Notes under the pieces: model-generated
Seen by the model: the letters and a program-made list of their open reading frames with translations, nothing else
What the model was told of the DNA's origin: nothing
The model's database searches: none
Origin: an uncultured virus (IMG/VR IMGVR_UViG_3300027793_000086)
Lineage: Duplodnaviria > Heunggongvirae > Uroviricota > Caudoviricetes
IMG/VR virus record: IMGVR_UViG_3300027793_000086
Reading direction: 5' to 3' (one strand)
DNA length: 20,000 nucleotides
Shown here: positions 1-8,331 of the stretch, piece after piece
How the letters are laid out: the number at the start of each line of letters is the position of its first letter
How positions within the stretch are numbered: position 1 is the stretch's first letter
Position numbers and translations under genes: made by a program

Positions 1-463
1 CCCCGCTTTGGAACGCCACCGCACCGCCACCTGCGTAGCTGTGCATCTCGCCACCGTGCGCTGCCATGACGGGTGCTGCCTGGGGTTGGAGTTGACGACG
101 GGCCTGTGCCACAACTTCGTCTGCAATCGTGCCTTGCTGCGCAGCGTTTTGTCGCATAGCAAGTTCGTTTGCAACCGCCTTCTTCGTAGCAAAATTCTTC
201 TGCTGTTCAATAATCGCAGCAAGAACTCGGTTCGCGGGCACTGGTGACCTGGGGTCAAACAGCATTTTCGTAAGTTCTTCAGTGTCGTAGCCCGCTGTCA
301 AGGCAGGCACAAACGCCGTCAACCCAGGTTTCGGCCCCGACTGGCTAGGCATCATCCCCGGCATCGGTGGTGTTTGCATAGGCGCTTGACCGGGCATCGG
401 AGCTTGCGCCCCTTGTGGCATCTGCGCCCCTTGTGGCATCACCGAACGAATACCTTGCTGCAT
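1..463 (-). CDS. Putative internal virion/ejection protein, N-terminal part; runs off the left edge; not in ORF track
   Basis: ATG at 463 preceded by TAAGGA (stop of previous gene plus RBS). Frame is open to the window edge: MQQGIRSVMPQGAQMPQGAQAPMPGQAPMQ...PVMAAHGGEMHSYAGGGAVAFQSG. Pro/Gln/Met-rich N-terminus; lies downstream of the other ejection-type genes. Confidence 0.8.
   Translation of the reverse strand, partial: MQQGIRSVMPQGAQMPQGAQAPMPGQAPMQTPPMPGMMPSQSGPKPGLTAFVPALTAGYDTEELTKMLFDPRSPVPANRVLAAIIEQQKNFATKKAVANELAMRQNAAQQGTIADEVVAQARRQLQPQAAPVMAAHGGEMHSYAGGGAVAFQSG
405..440. repeat. Perfect 18-bp tandem duplication (encodes MPQGAQ x2 on the minus strand)
   Basis: tgcgccccttgtggcatc at 405-422 and 423-440. 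Confidence 0.95.
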
Positions 464-472
464 GTCGATTCC

Positions 473-1522
473 TTACTTCGGGTTCATGGCGTTGTACAGC
501 GCCAGTCCAGCCAGTGCGCCTTGCAGGCCGGTAAACATCCCAGACTGTCCAGAGGTTTCAGAGTACGGTGTAGCTTGCAGCGGCAGACCACCCAACAGAG
601 ACTGCATGTACGTAGCTTGCTGATACGGGAACTTCACCGACTCTTGGAACTGCTGATAGCCAAAGTCCAGAGGCTGCTGTGCAATTGCACGTTCCTTCTC
701 TCCCGCTGCCATCTGCGCCTGCAAGCCCTGAAGCCCTGCGCCAAACTGCTCCAAACCATACTTGGCACCGAATTGGCTGGACTGTTCGCCCAACTGCTGC
801 GACTCAAGACCCAACTTGGACTCTGCCAAGCGTTGTTGCATAGCGCGATCATAGGCACCTTGCAGGCCCTTGGTCGTGATGTCCTCCATCTGCTGCTGCA
901 GATTGCGTTGACGCTCAGACTCCATGATGGCTTGGCGTGACCCACCATACGCACCGGCTTGAGCCAGACGCGCTTGCTCTGCTTGCCGCCCGATGTCCGC
1001 TTGGCGGCGCATCTCCCGCGAAGTAATGTCCGTGACAGCCGTTGTGTACGGACTCATGTAGTCTTCGACAGACTTGAGCGAACCAAGACCAGTATCAAAC
1101 TTAGTGCCCTGATACTCGCCAGTAGGTGCTGTTAACCCGGCAATACCCTTAAAAGCCGCTTTCAGACTTTCTGGTGTCTCAGCAAAACGCTGTCCTGTGA
1201 ACGACTTATACGGCAGATTCGCCGCAATTTGCCCCTTCGCCAGCATGTCATAGACATACGACGAGAAGTTAGGGCTCAATGTGGACTGTGCCGCAGGGAT
1301 TGTGGTGGTAGTTGCTGTGACAGGCGTGCCGGTATAGCCTTTGGTTTTCATCCAGTTAATGTCATTCTGAGGCACCCCAGCTTGTAAAAGCTGCGCTTCT
1401 GTAATGCCTTGCTTATTGAAGTAATCGATCTTCTCCAACGCATCATCGTATGCGCCACCTGCTACGCCCCATGTTGAGGGTAGTGTTTTACCAATTCTTG
1501 CGGCCATTTCTTGGGGGGTCAT
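473..1522 (-). CDS. Putative DNA transfer/ejection (internal virion) protein
   Basis: 349 aa, Gln/Ala-rich helical protein with YMSPY, AGAYGGSRQAI and FQESVKFPYQQ segments and a hydrophobic Gly-rich C-terminus (GLQGALAGLALY), typical of podovirus DNA-transfer proteins. TAATG coupling with the upstream gene at 1522. Confidence 0.65.
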   Translation of the reverse strand: MTPQEMAARIGKTLPSTWGVAGGAYDDALEKIDYFNKQGITEAQLLQAGVPQNDINWMKTKGYTGTPVTATTTTIPAAQSTLSPNFSSYVYDMLAKGQIAANLPYKSFTGQRFAETPESLKAAFKGIAGLTAPTGEYQGTKFDTGLGSLKSVEDYMSPYTTAVTDITSREMRRQADIGRQAEQARLAQAGAYGGSRQAIMESERQRNLQQQMEDITTKGLQGAYDRAMQQRLAESKLGLESQQLGEQSSQFGAKYGLEQFGAGLQGLQAQMAAGEKERAIAQQPLDFGYQQFQESVKFPYQQATYMQSLLGGLPLQATPYSETSGQSGMFTGLQGALAGLALYNAMNPK

Positions 1523-2394
1523 TACGCACTCCTCTGCAACTTGTTCATGATTGCGTACATACGCTGTGCACCGCCTTGGTCATCAACTGCGGCTTTGGGG
1601 ACGTACGCTTCACCGTTGGACACTTTGGCAGGGGTTATCCCGTTGGGGCCTCTGATCACGGCGGGGGTGAGATCTTTGCGTCCTGTTGGATCAGGGGGGC
1701 CTCCGATCATTCTCGCACCGGGCACCAGTTGCTGTATACCCCTTGGGCCACCCGCACCGTCCACAGCCTTCTTGGTCATGACGAAGCCGCCATCTTCCAT
1801 TTGTACCTTACCGCCGTTGGCGTAAGCCTGCATCAAGCCGCCGTTGGCTGCGTAGGTCACCAGCGGGCCGTACTTGCCCTGGACTGTAGTTGGCGTGAGT
1901 TGCCTGGACGGACCTGCGTAGGCCTCTGTCGTACCACCGCCGTAGCTGGTGCCCTTCTGCCGGTCGAGGTAGCTGAGCAGCGCTAGGATACCCGCCATGC
2001 CGGTCTTTGATGTGGCAGCGTCGGCAGCCTTGGAGCCGAAAGACTTGATGAGATCCCACGCGCCCTTCCCCGACTTCAGGTATGACAGGTCGTAGTTTTT
2101 GCCAAGAGGATCTGTCCATGTCTGCTTGGACGCATCATATTTCCAATCTTTCCAGCGCTCGTTTGGCCCCGCTGCGATATCGCCAGGAGTTGTGCCGCTG
2201 GCAAAGTCAATAACCCATTTACCAGACGTCTCATCGTAATAGCCTGGAAGGGCATTTAAAAACTCACTGCTGTCCCCAGCAGGTAGGGGCGTTGCGTTTT
2301 GCTGACTGAAATAGTCTGTCCAATCAAAATCTTCGACAGATGGCGTACCACCTGACAGCCAGTTGAAATCGCCGAAGTCTACGTTATCACTCAT
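1522..2394 (-). CDS. Putative internal virion protein with tandem xxGG motifs
   Basis: 290 aa. Acidic/aromatic N-terminus, short hydrophobic helix (GMAGILALLSYL), YAANGG/YANGG/MEDGG motifs, and a C-terminal G-P..G..D..PA...S-NGE-(A)YV domain resembling the GPGTGTSDSIPAxLSxGEFV-type segment of phage internal and tape-measure proteins. GAGAGG RBS. Confidence 0.6.
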   Translation of the reverse strand: MSDNVDFGDFNWLSGGTPSVEDFDWTDYFSQQNATPLPAGDSSEFLNALPGYYDETSGKWVIDFASGTTPGDIAAGPNERWKDWKYDASKQTWTDPLGKNYDLSYLKSGKGAWDLIKSFGSKAADAATSKTGMAGILALLSYLDRQKGTSYGGGTTEAYAGPSRQLTPTTVQGKYGPLVTYAANGGLMQAYANGGKVQMEDGGFVMTKKAVDGAGGPRGIQQLVPGARMIGGPPDPTGRKDLTPAVIRGPNGITPAKVSNGEAYVPKAAVDDQGGAQRMYAIMNKLQRSA

Positions 2395-2395
2395 A

Positions 2396-4129
2396 TCAAC
2401 CTCTCAAATCGTACATCAAGTCAAACGGCGATTCTGGTGTGCCGCGTGCCACGTTAACCTGTGCGGGCGCTTGCCGATCCTGACCTTGTCCGCCCATAGC
2501 GCCGAGGAGTGCAGCAAGCCACTCCAAGTTGGGATCACTGCTGGTGGCAGGTGTAGCCGGTTTCGTCCCAGGCGTGGTCGGTTTCGTCCCAGGCTTCATG
2601 GTGTCAACCTTGGCAGAGGGCAAGCCCGTGACCAGATCCGGCTCTTTGATCTCGGTGCCTTCCAGCTTCTCATCTGGGCTGACCTTGGTCACGGTGCCAA
2701 TGTCTCGAATGCTCTTGGGCTCAATCGGCGGGAAGAGATCCAACGTGTAGTCAGGTATTGGCGTTGTCTCGCGCTTACCCGTAACCTCGATAGTCTGCGG
2801 CTCACCTTCGGTTACGTTGACACGACGCTCAGGATCTACAAACGGTTGCAGCCACGGATCAATGTTCAGGTCATCTCTACGGCCCGTAACACCCACTGTT
2901 TGGCTCGTCTCTTCACTCGGTACTTTGCCTGCCTGCAGTGCGGCATCTAACGCATCATCCCATTCAGGTACGCCCGAATATGTAGGCGTTGCACCTTCTT
3001 GATACCAATCATCGGCAGTTGCGGCTGCAGTTACGTCAATGGTCGGCCTATAAGGATCAAGCGCCCAGTCAGGTAGGTCCCCTGCGTCGGGCTCCATGTA
3101 CCCTGGTCCATCGACATCAAAGAAGCCTTCTTGAATTTCTCCCGGGGTTTCGTATCCAGGGAAGTAACCCTTGCCCCCTGTCGAAGAGGGTAGTTCTTTC
3201 ATCAAGCTGCCAATGAAAGAATTGATAACCGCCTTCTCGGGGTCTTTACCAAGCATGCCTGCCGTAGCGGCGGAGGTTACCGCATTGCGTACTGGTGCAG
3301 GTACATCCTTGAGATACTCGTTAAGCGTAGAGTTTGTGCCTTTGACAAGTACGTCAGTCCCCGCGCTTGTAGCACCGCTAGCTGCGCCCGTAAGCAAAGC
3401 ATCAACAATGCTGTCACCAGTCATTGCAGCACCAAGAGCCGAACGCCCAGCGCCTTGCACAGCACCAGAAGCAATTTTGCCCAGCATATCGCCACCAACG
3501 GCTTGACTTGCTGTCTTGCCAAGGTCTGCTAAATACGGAGAAGCAAGCTGCCCGATACCGCCAGTGACGCCCCCCATGAGAGCGCCCTTAAGAATATCCC
3601 CGCCAGTGACGGCTGCGCGAGTGCCACCTAGCAATGCGCCTGCCCCAGCGGCACCACCTAGACCACCGCCAAGCATTCCTGCAAGACCGGGAGCCGCCCA
3701 TGCAGAAGCTAAAGTGAGCGCAATATTTCGCGCTTTACCCGCATCGCTACTTGATCCCCAGACGGGAACTAAACGCCCATCTTGTGTGGCTACAAGGCTT
3801 ACATTACCCTTACCTTCAGGAGTCCATGCCGCTTGGGCACCGGGATCAAACTTGGCTTGGCTAAGATCTGTGATGCCTTGCTGCTGTAAACGTCGAGCAA
3901 AGTCCTCTGCAACATATGGCAATAACCTACCGCCAATTTCTGCTTGATCTGTCCCAGCACTACCAATACCGACGTTCTCGCCAAGCCCCTGCCACCCGGC
4001 AAGAAGTTGAGTCTTCAGCTTTTCAAGCGAAGCGTCCTGGGCCTTCTGCTGGTCAAGGATCTTCACCAAGTCTTCTTGGGAGACAAAGTCTCGGACATAG
4101 TCCGGCAGGAAGGATGTTAGGTCTTCCAT
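2396..4129 (-). CDS. Putative internal virion/ejection protein with Gly/Ala-rich membrane-like segment and acidic disordered C-terminal half
   Basis: 577 aa. Central glycine-zipper-like stretch (IALTLASAWAAPGLAGMLGGGLGGAAGAGALLGG...), then a D/E/P/T-rich tail. TAATG coupling at 4129. Position after the nozzle fits podovirus ejection genes. Confidence 0.6.
   Translation of the reverse strand: MEDLTSFLPDYVRDFVSQEDLVKILDQQKAQDASLEKLKTQLLAGWQGLGENVGIGSAGTDQAEIGGRLLPYVAEDFARRLQQQGITDLSQAKFDPGAQAAWTPEGKGNVSLVATQDGRLVPVWGSSSDAGKARNIALTLASAWAAPGLAGMLGGGLGGAAGAGALLGGTRAAVTGGDILKGALMGGVTGGIGQLASPYLADLGKTASQAVGGDMLGKIASGAVQGAGRSALGAAMTGDSIVDALLTGAASGATSAGTDVLVKGTNSTLNEYLKDVPAPVRNAVTSAATAGMLGKDPEKAVINSFIGSLMKELPSSTGGKGYFPGYETPGEIQEGFFDVDGPGYMEPDAGDLPDWALDPYRPTIDVTAAATADDWYQEGATPTYSGVPEWDDALDAALQAGKVPSEETSQTVGVTGRRDDLNIDPWLQPFVDPERRVNVTEGEPQTIEVTGKRETTPIPDYTLDLFPPIEPKSIRDIGTVTKVSPDEKLEGTEIKEPDLVTGLPSAKVDTMKPGTKPTTPGTKPATPATSSDPNLEWLAALLGAMGGQGQDRQAPAQVNVARGTPESPFDLMYDLRG
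2558..2594. repeat. 21-bp period duplication encoding PGTKPTT/PGTKPAT linker
   Basis: cggtttcgtcccaggc at 2558-2573 and 2579-2594. Confidence 0.9.
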
Positions 4130-5487
4130 TACGTCAGATCCCAGAATGAGAGGCTACCGATGGCGCTATGGGTGCCGGACAGCGACCGGACGGCCAGCGT
4201 GTAAATGTCCGATGTACCAGCAATGGTTGCGCCAAACTGCAAGTCCCAGTTGTAATCCCCGACCCCAACAGCGATGCCATTGGCAAGGTTGCTAGACAGA
4301 ACGTACTGCTGTTGCACTATGGTCCCGCCTGTGTACGATGTGGCCGAGAGATCTTGCTGGACATTGCTGGAGTCCGACGCCACCCATGAGGCTCCGGTCA
4401 GCGTTGGGTTTTTGACCAGCACAATCTCAAAGGTCGTGGCCGAAGTCGCCGTGGGCAGAACCGAGTATCCATCAGGAATCACGATAGCGCCAGTCCTTCC
4501 CGAAGCAAGGCGCAGGGAAACCAACGGGACAAAGGTCGTGGAGATAGACCCGTTTACCGTGGTCATCCGCGCCACATTCAGCGCAACCTTCTTCTCGTAG
4601 CCGCCCTCAGAAATCACTGTGGAGCAGATTTGCTTGAGTGTGCTGGCACTTGCCGCAGTCCCGGTATTTGTGATCTCGTAACGCACCGGCAGCATGGCCG
4701 TGGTCATGTAGACCGAGTTCAGATTGTTGGCATTCTGGAACGTGTGGCAGATAATGTACCCGCCGTCAATCACGAATCCAACCCGCACCGAGCCGACACC
4801 CAACCATTCAAAGTCTTCCCAGAGGATCTGCGCTTTGGTCAGGTCGAGGGTATACCCTGAATCTCCAGTGCCGTCGAGCTTGTCGCCGTTCCAACTGGAC
4901 TGAGGCACCACCGTATCCACGGGCGCACCGGAGGTGTATGTGCGCCTGACGATGTTGGTGTCCAGCCCGTTGCGCTCAAGAAAGACGCCGTTCTGTTCGT
5001 TGAAGTAACCTACCCTGGTGCGGACGTTGGCCTTGGCGGTATCCATCACAAAGGTGTTGAGCGAGAGCAGGCCCTTCCCAGGCTGATATGAGAACGAGCG
5101 GTATGACTGCCGCACCACTGAGCTACCTGAGCTTGTCGTAACATTGAGCAACACCGTGCTGGCGTTGGCGTCATAGGTCACCGTGCCGCCCGTGGCGGTA
5201 GTCTCGTCAAACAGATCGTTCTTGACGTAACGGTTTTGAGAGTCAAACAGCGTGTATGGCCCGCTGGTGCGTAAACGCCCAAAAGCATCTGTGTTTGTGC
5301 CGCCAATCGAAACTGGAACAGCGCTTCCTGTTGTAGTCACGATCTGCTCCAGCAGGTTATCTAGTTGGTTGAAGTACAGACGTAGGATGTTGACGAGGTT
5401 GTCAAGGTAACCCTTGTCGTAGTCCTGTGTGGGCTTTGGCAGCGGAGGCGCTTTGAAGCGCTTGATGATGGTGGACCAGATAGTCAC
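4129..5487 (-). CDS. Virion structural protein (tail-associated; N-terminal helical anchor plus beta-rich body)
   Basis: 452 aa, GTG start overlapping the nozzle stop (GTGA). N-terminal APPLPKPTQDYDKGYLDNLVNILRLYFNQLD helix, then a TDAFGRLR..PYTLFDS, YQPGK, WNGDKLDGTG, FEWLGVGSVR domain that I recognise from phage structural proteins. Confidence 0.6.
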   Translation of the reverse strand: MTIWSTIIKRFKAPPLPKPTQDYDKGYLDNLVNILRLYFNQLDNLLEQIVTTTGSAVPVSIGGTNTDAFGRLRTSGPYTLFDSQNRYVKNDLFDETTATGGTVTYDANASTVLLNVTTSSGSSVVRQSYRSFSYQPGKGLLSLNTFVMDTAKANVRTRVGYFNEQNGVFLERNGLDTNIVRRTYTSGAPVDTVVPQSSWNGDKLDGTGDSGYTLDLTKAQILWEDFEWLGVGSVRVGFVIDGGYIICHTFQNANNLNSVYMTTAMLPVRYEITNTGTAASASTLKQICSTVISEGGYEKKVALNVARMTTVNGSISTTFVPLVSLRLASGRTGAIVIPDGYSVLPTATSATTFEIVLVKNPTLTGASWVASDSSNVQQDLSATSYTGGTIVQQQYVLSSNLANGIAVGVGDYNWDLQFGATIAGTSDIYTLAVRSLSGTHSAIGSLSFWDLT

Positions 5488-7400
5488 GATTTACGCCCAT
5501 CCAAGCGAACATCAATTCTGGGTGAACCCAACTGCCACTGCACGCCGATCTGATCTGATGCTGCCTTGATAGACATTTGCCTACCGCGCACGCGGATGTT
5601 GACCTGTCCTGTGTACTGATCAATCGGCACCGTTGTGCTTCGCACCACAGGATAGGAGTTATCCCCGGCCACCGACATATCTGTAGTCACAGACGGAACC
5701 GGCACAGTGCCTCGGGTATACCCTGAGCCCGAATTCTGCAAAGGCAGCAGCGTCAGATTCATCGTCGGGCTGGTAGCCGTAGATCCTGTGAAATTGACGT
5801 CAGGGATTACTCGCCAGACAAAACCAAAGTTGTGTCCGTCGTCTATGTCAAACTCGGACGAAGTAATAAACGCTGCAATTGGAAGTGTCGTGACTGTAGC
5901 GTTGTCGTCTACTCCGGTTTCTTGATACAGCAAGCGGTTGTTGTAATCCGCAGCCATCGGCACATCGCTTGAAACGCTTGTGTCAATCCAAGCCGTGCGG
6001 CCCAGGTTGCCGTAGTACCATGCCTTTTCTACATAGTTGTATATGACGTAGCGATCCACAACCGTAGAGCTTGCGGAGCAGTAGAACCACCAGATCTCGT
6101 TAAACTGCTCGTTGGTGGATGCAAAAACTTGTTGTGCTTGGTTGGCATTAAAGTCGCTAAAGACATACTGCCTGAGGTCGCAGACAAGCGTTTCAACGCG
6201 ACCGTCGTAGCGATAAAACTTGCCGTTACCCATCCAATAGTTAATGCCTGCAGCAGTGGCCCAGGCTCTGTCGCTGACAATGGAGGTGTTGTCGGACAGA
6301 AGCTGCGTGCCCCAGACAATTGGCGGGCCGAGGTACTGCAGTGAGTACATAGCCGTATCAGTCCACACCAAAAACTCTTGGCGAACCTGCGCTACAGCTT
6401 CGATTCTTGAGCCGTGGGACAAACGCACACTGCCCGCTTGGTTAGTGGCTGCAGGAGTCCAGTTGACAGCGCTCTCTTGGTCCGACCAGCGAATGAGCAT
6501 GGTGTCCTGCACGCTGGAACCGTAGTCGTTGCAGCCGAACGCCAGCACAAACCGAGAAGTGTCAGATACCGTTAAAAGATGCTGCACCGTTGGAACGTCT
6601 GAAGCTCCAGCCAATGAACTGAGCGCTACACCACGAGTCGTTAATCCAGAAGAATGATCCCAGTAATACATCCCGCCATCTAACGGGCCAAAGATCAGGT
6701 CTTCACCAAAGTTGTCGTGGTTCCAAATGCGGATGTTTGTAAGCGCGGCACCTGTAGTGCCAATACCCCACCCACCACCGCCCCAGCCACCCGCGCCCCA
6801 CCCGGTAAGCGGCACTTGGATAGCGTCGCCTGTATTAACTTGGTAATTGGCGACAACTGCCGCACCACCATACGAACCCGCTGCGATTGACGAGCCCGTA
6901 GTGATTGTGTACGTATCAACGGTCAGAACCGTAATTTGAAACTCAGCATTGAATGTGGAAGCATAAGTGCCTGTAGCTCCACTGAACGTAACGTAATCTC
7001 CGGTGATGCCGCCATGAGCGACATCTGTCACAGTTACTGTGGTTGTACCATTACCCGCAAAAGGATTGCCTGTGCCAGGAGGATTAGGCCCCAGCATTGG
7101 ATTGACAGTCTTCCTGATCGGGGTAATATCGTTGTACACGCCGCCGCCAGCAAGCGCAATGTAGTATTTTAGGTGCGTACCTACGCCAACGTATTTAAGC
7201 CCGTTAAGCGCCGCCCAAGCCCACAACGTTCGACAGACCCCGATGAATTGATCGTTGGTAATTTGTTGCCAACCGCCAATCTTTTCAGGCTGTCCTGAGC
7301 GAAAGCGAATCTTGTCGCACGAAAACCAACCGCCCTCAGTGGAATAGCGGGTTCCTTCGCGGTTGACACCGGGCTTGAGTTGTAGCTTCTTGAGCGGCAT
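5484..7400 (-). CDS. Tail nozzle / tail tubular protein B-like (P22 gp10-like DNA stabilization protein)
   Basis: 638 aa beta-rich. MPLKKLQLKPGVNRE start, KIGGW, IRWSDQE, NEIWWFY, YNY.E..W and C-terminal G.PRIDVRLDGR motifs. Size and position before the ejection genes fit. Confidence 0.75.
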   Translation of the reverse strand: MPLKKLQLKPGVNREGTRYSTEGGWFSCDKIRFRSGQPEKIGGWQQITNDQFIGVCRTLWAWAALNGLKYVGVGTHLKYYIALAGGGVYNDITPIRKTVNPMLGPNPPGTGNPFAGNGTTTVTVTDVAHGGITGDYVTFSGATGTYASTFNAEFQITVLTVDTYTITTGSSIAAGSYGGAAVVANYQVNTGDAIQVPLTGWGAGGWGGGGWGIGTTGAALTNIRIWNHDNFGEDLIFGPLDGGMYYWDHSSGLTTRGVALSSLAGASDVPTVQHLLTVSDTSRFVLAFGCNDYGSSVQDTMLIRWSDQESAVNWTPAATNQAGSVRLSHGSRIEAVAQVRQEFLVWTDTAMYSLQYLGPPIVWGTQLLSDNTSIVSDRAWATAAGINYWMGNGKFYRYDGRVETLVCDLRQYVFSDFNANQAQQVFASTNEQFNEIWWFYCSASSTVVDRYVIYNYVEKAWYYGNLGRTAWIDTSVSSDVPMAADYNNRLLYQETGVDDNATVTTLPIAAFITSSEFDIDDGHNFGFVWRVIPDVNFTGSTATSPTMNLTLLPLQNSGSGYTRGTVPVPSVTTDMSVAGDNSYPVVRSTTVPIDQYTGQVNIRVRGRQMSIKAASDQIGVQWQLGSPRIDVRLDGRKS

Positions 7401-7402
7401 GT

Positions 7403-7855
7403 TTACCCCAGCAGCGCCGCCTCTGCGGCTCTACGCTTGACCAGACCGGGCAGTACACGCCCGCCACCGCGCACCCACTTCATCAACTCGGCCTGTGCGC
7501 CGCCTACATCGTCGGCGTTGATTCTCCGGCGCAACGTGCTGCTTGACAAGGCTCCAGTGCCACAGTTAAACGCGAAGTCAAGGATGGCCCCCACAGCGTT
7601 ATCACCCCAGTCCTTAAGCCCTGGGCACAGCGCCCTGACCCTGGGCAGGCAGTGGTTCAGTTCCCACTCTAGTAGCGCCATCGCTCTCTGACGAGTGATC
7701 GCAGGATCAGCAAGCGTAACACGCGCACCTGATTCGTAGAACGTGGAGCCAACCCCAATTGTTGGGACATTGGCTGGGCAAAGGTATGGCTTGAGGTACA
7801 TCCCCTCAAAGACGAGGCATAGGTCACGCGCCACCTGTATAGCCTTATTTTCCAC
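7403..7855 (-). CDS. Endolysin, GH24 (T4-like) lysozyme
   Basis: FEGMYLKPYLCPANVPTIGVG gives catalytic spacing E-x8-C-x5-T; also FAFNCG, STL and GLVKRRAAE. GTG at 7855 (MENKAIQ..., 150 aa), overlapping the end of the holin, is a more plausible start than 7879. Confidence 0.92.
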   Translation of the reverse strand: MENKAIQVARDLCLVFEGMYLKPYLCPANVPTIGVGSTFYESGARVTLADPAITRQRAMALLEWELNHCLPRVRALCPGLKDWGDNAVGAILDFAFNCGTGALSSSTLRRRINADDVGGAQAELMKWVRGGGRVLPGLVKRRAAEAALLG

Positions 7856-8312
7856 GCTTGCCAAGGCTCCGGTCGGCAAAGAAAAAACCCAAGATGGTCC
7901 CCGCCAACGTGATGTCCCACTCCTGCATCAGCCAATTCTGAGAGTTGAGCTTCAGGACCCAGAGCACCAAAGCGATGGTTGCAGCAGAAGGCCGGATGAT
8001 ACCGTTCCAGATGTCCACGATGGCCCAGCCAGTGGGCTTGAATGCGTTCTCGATAGCTTTGGTGAAGGCGTCAGCTTCCGCTACCGCAACATCTGCCTCA
8101 GCCTTGGCCTCTACCGTCTTGATGCCCAGTTCGCTTTGAAGCCTGAGCATCTCTTGAGTACGCTGATGTTGGGCAGCGTCCAGATCACCTTGAAGGCGCA
8201 GGCGCTCAATTTCAAACGCATGGTCTTGCTTCTTGTTATACCAAGCAGAGATTTCGCCCCAAACCATCCGGAATACGGAGCCGCCAAGGAAGGAGAAAAG
8301 GGCTTCAAGCAT
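7845..8312 (-). CDS. Putative holin (3TM-type)
   Basis: 155 aa directly upstream of and overlapping the lysozyme. Hydrophobic N-terminal helix, coiled coil, then IIRPSAATIALVLWVL and ITLAGTILGFFFADRS hydrophobic segments and a basic tail. Confidence 0.65.
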   Translation of the reverse strand: MLEALFSFLGGSVFRMVWGEISAWYNKKQDHAFEIERLRLQGDLDAAQHQRTQEMLRLQSELGIKTVEAKAEADVAVAEADAFTKAIENAFKPTGWAIVDIWNGIIRPSAATIALVLWVLKLNSQNWLMQEWDITLAGTILGFFFADRSLGKRGK

Positions 8313-8331
8313 GCTAAACGCCTTAAATGGA

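Noticed and set aside
8..4860. Plus-strand ORFs over the ejection genes (e.g. 374..940, 1450..1986, 2363..2950)
   Set aside because: They lie antisense to coupled minus-strand genes and their translations do not resemble real proteins.
7669..7935. 88-aa minus-strand ORF overlapping holin and lysozyme as a possible embedded spanin
   Set aside because: No signal peptide, lipobox or transmembrane segment.
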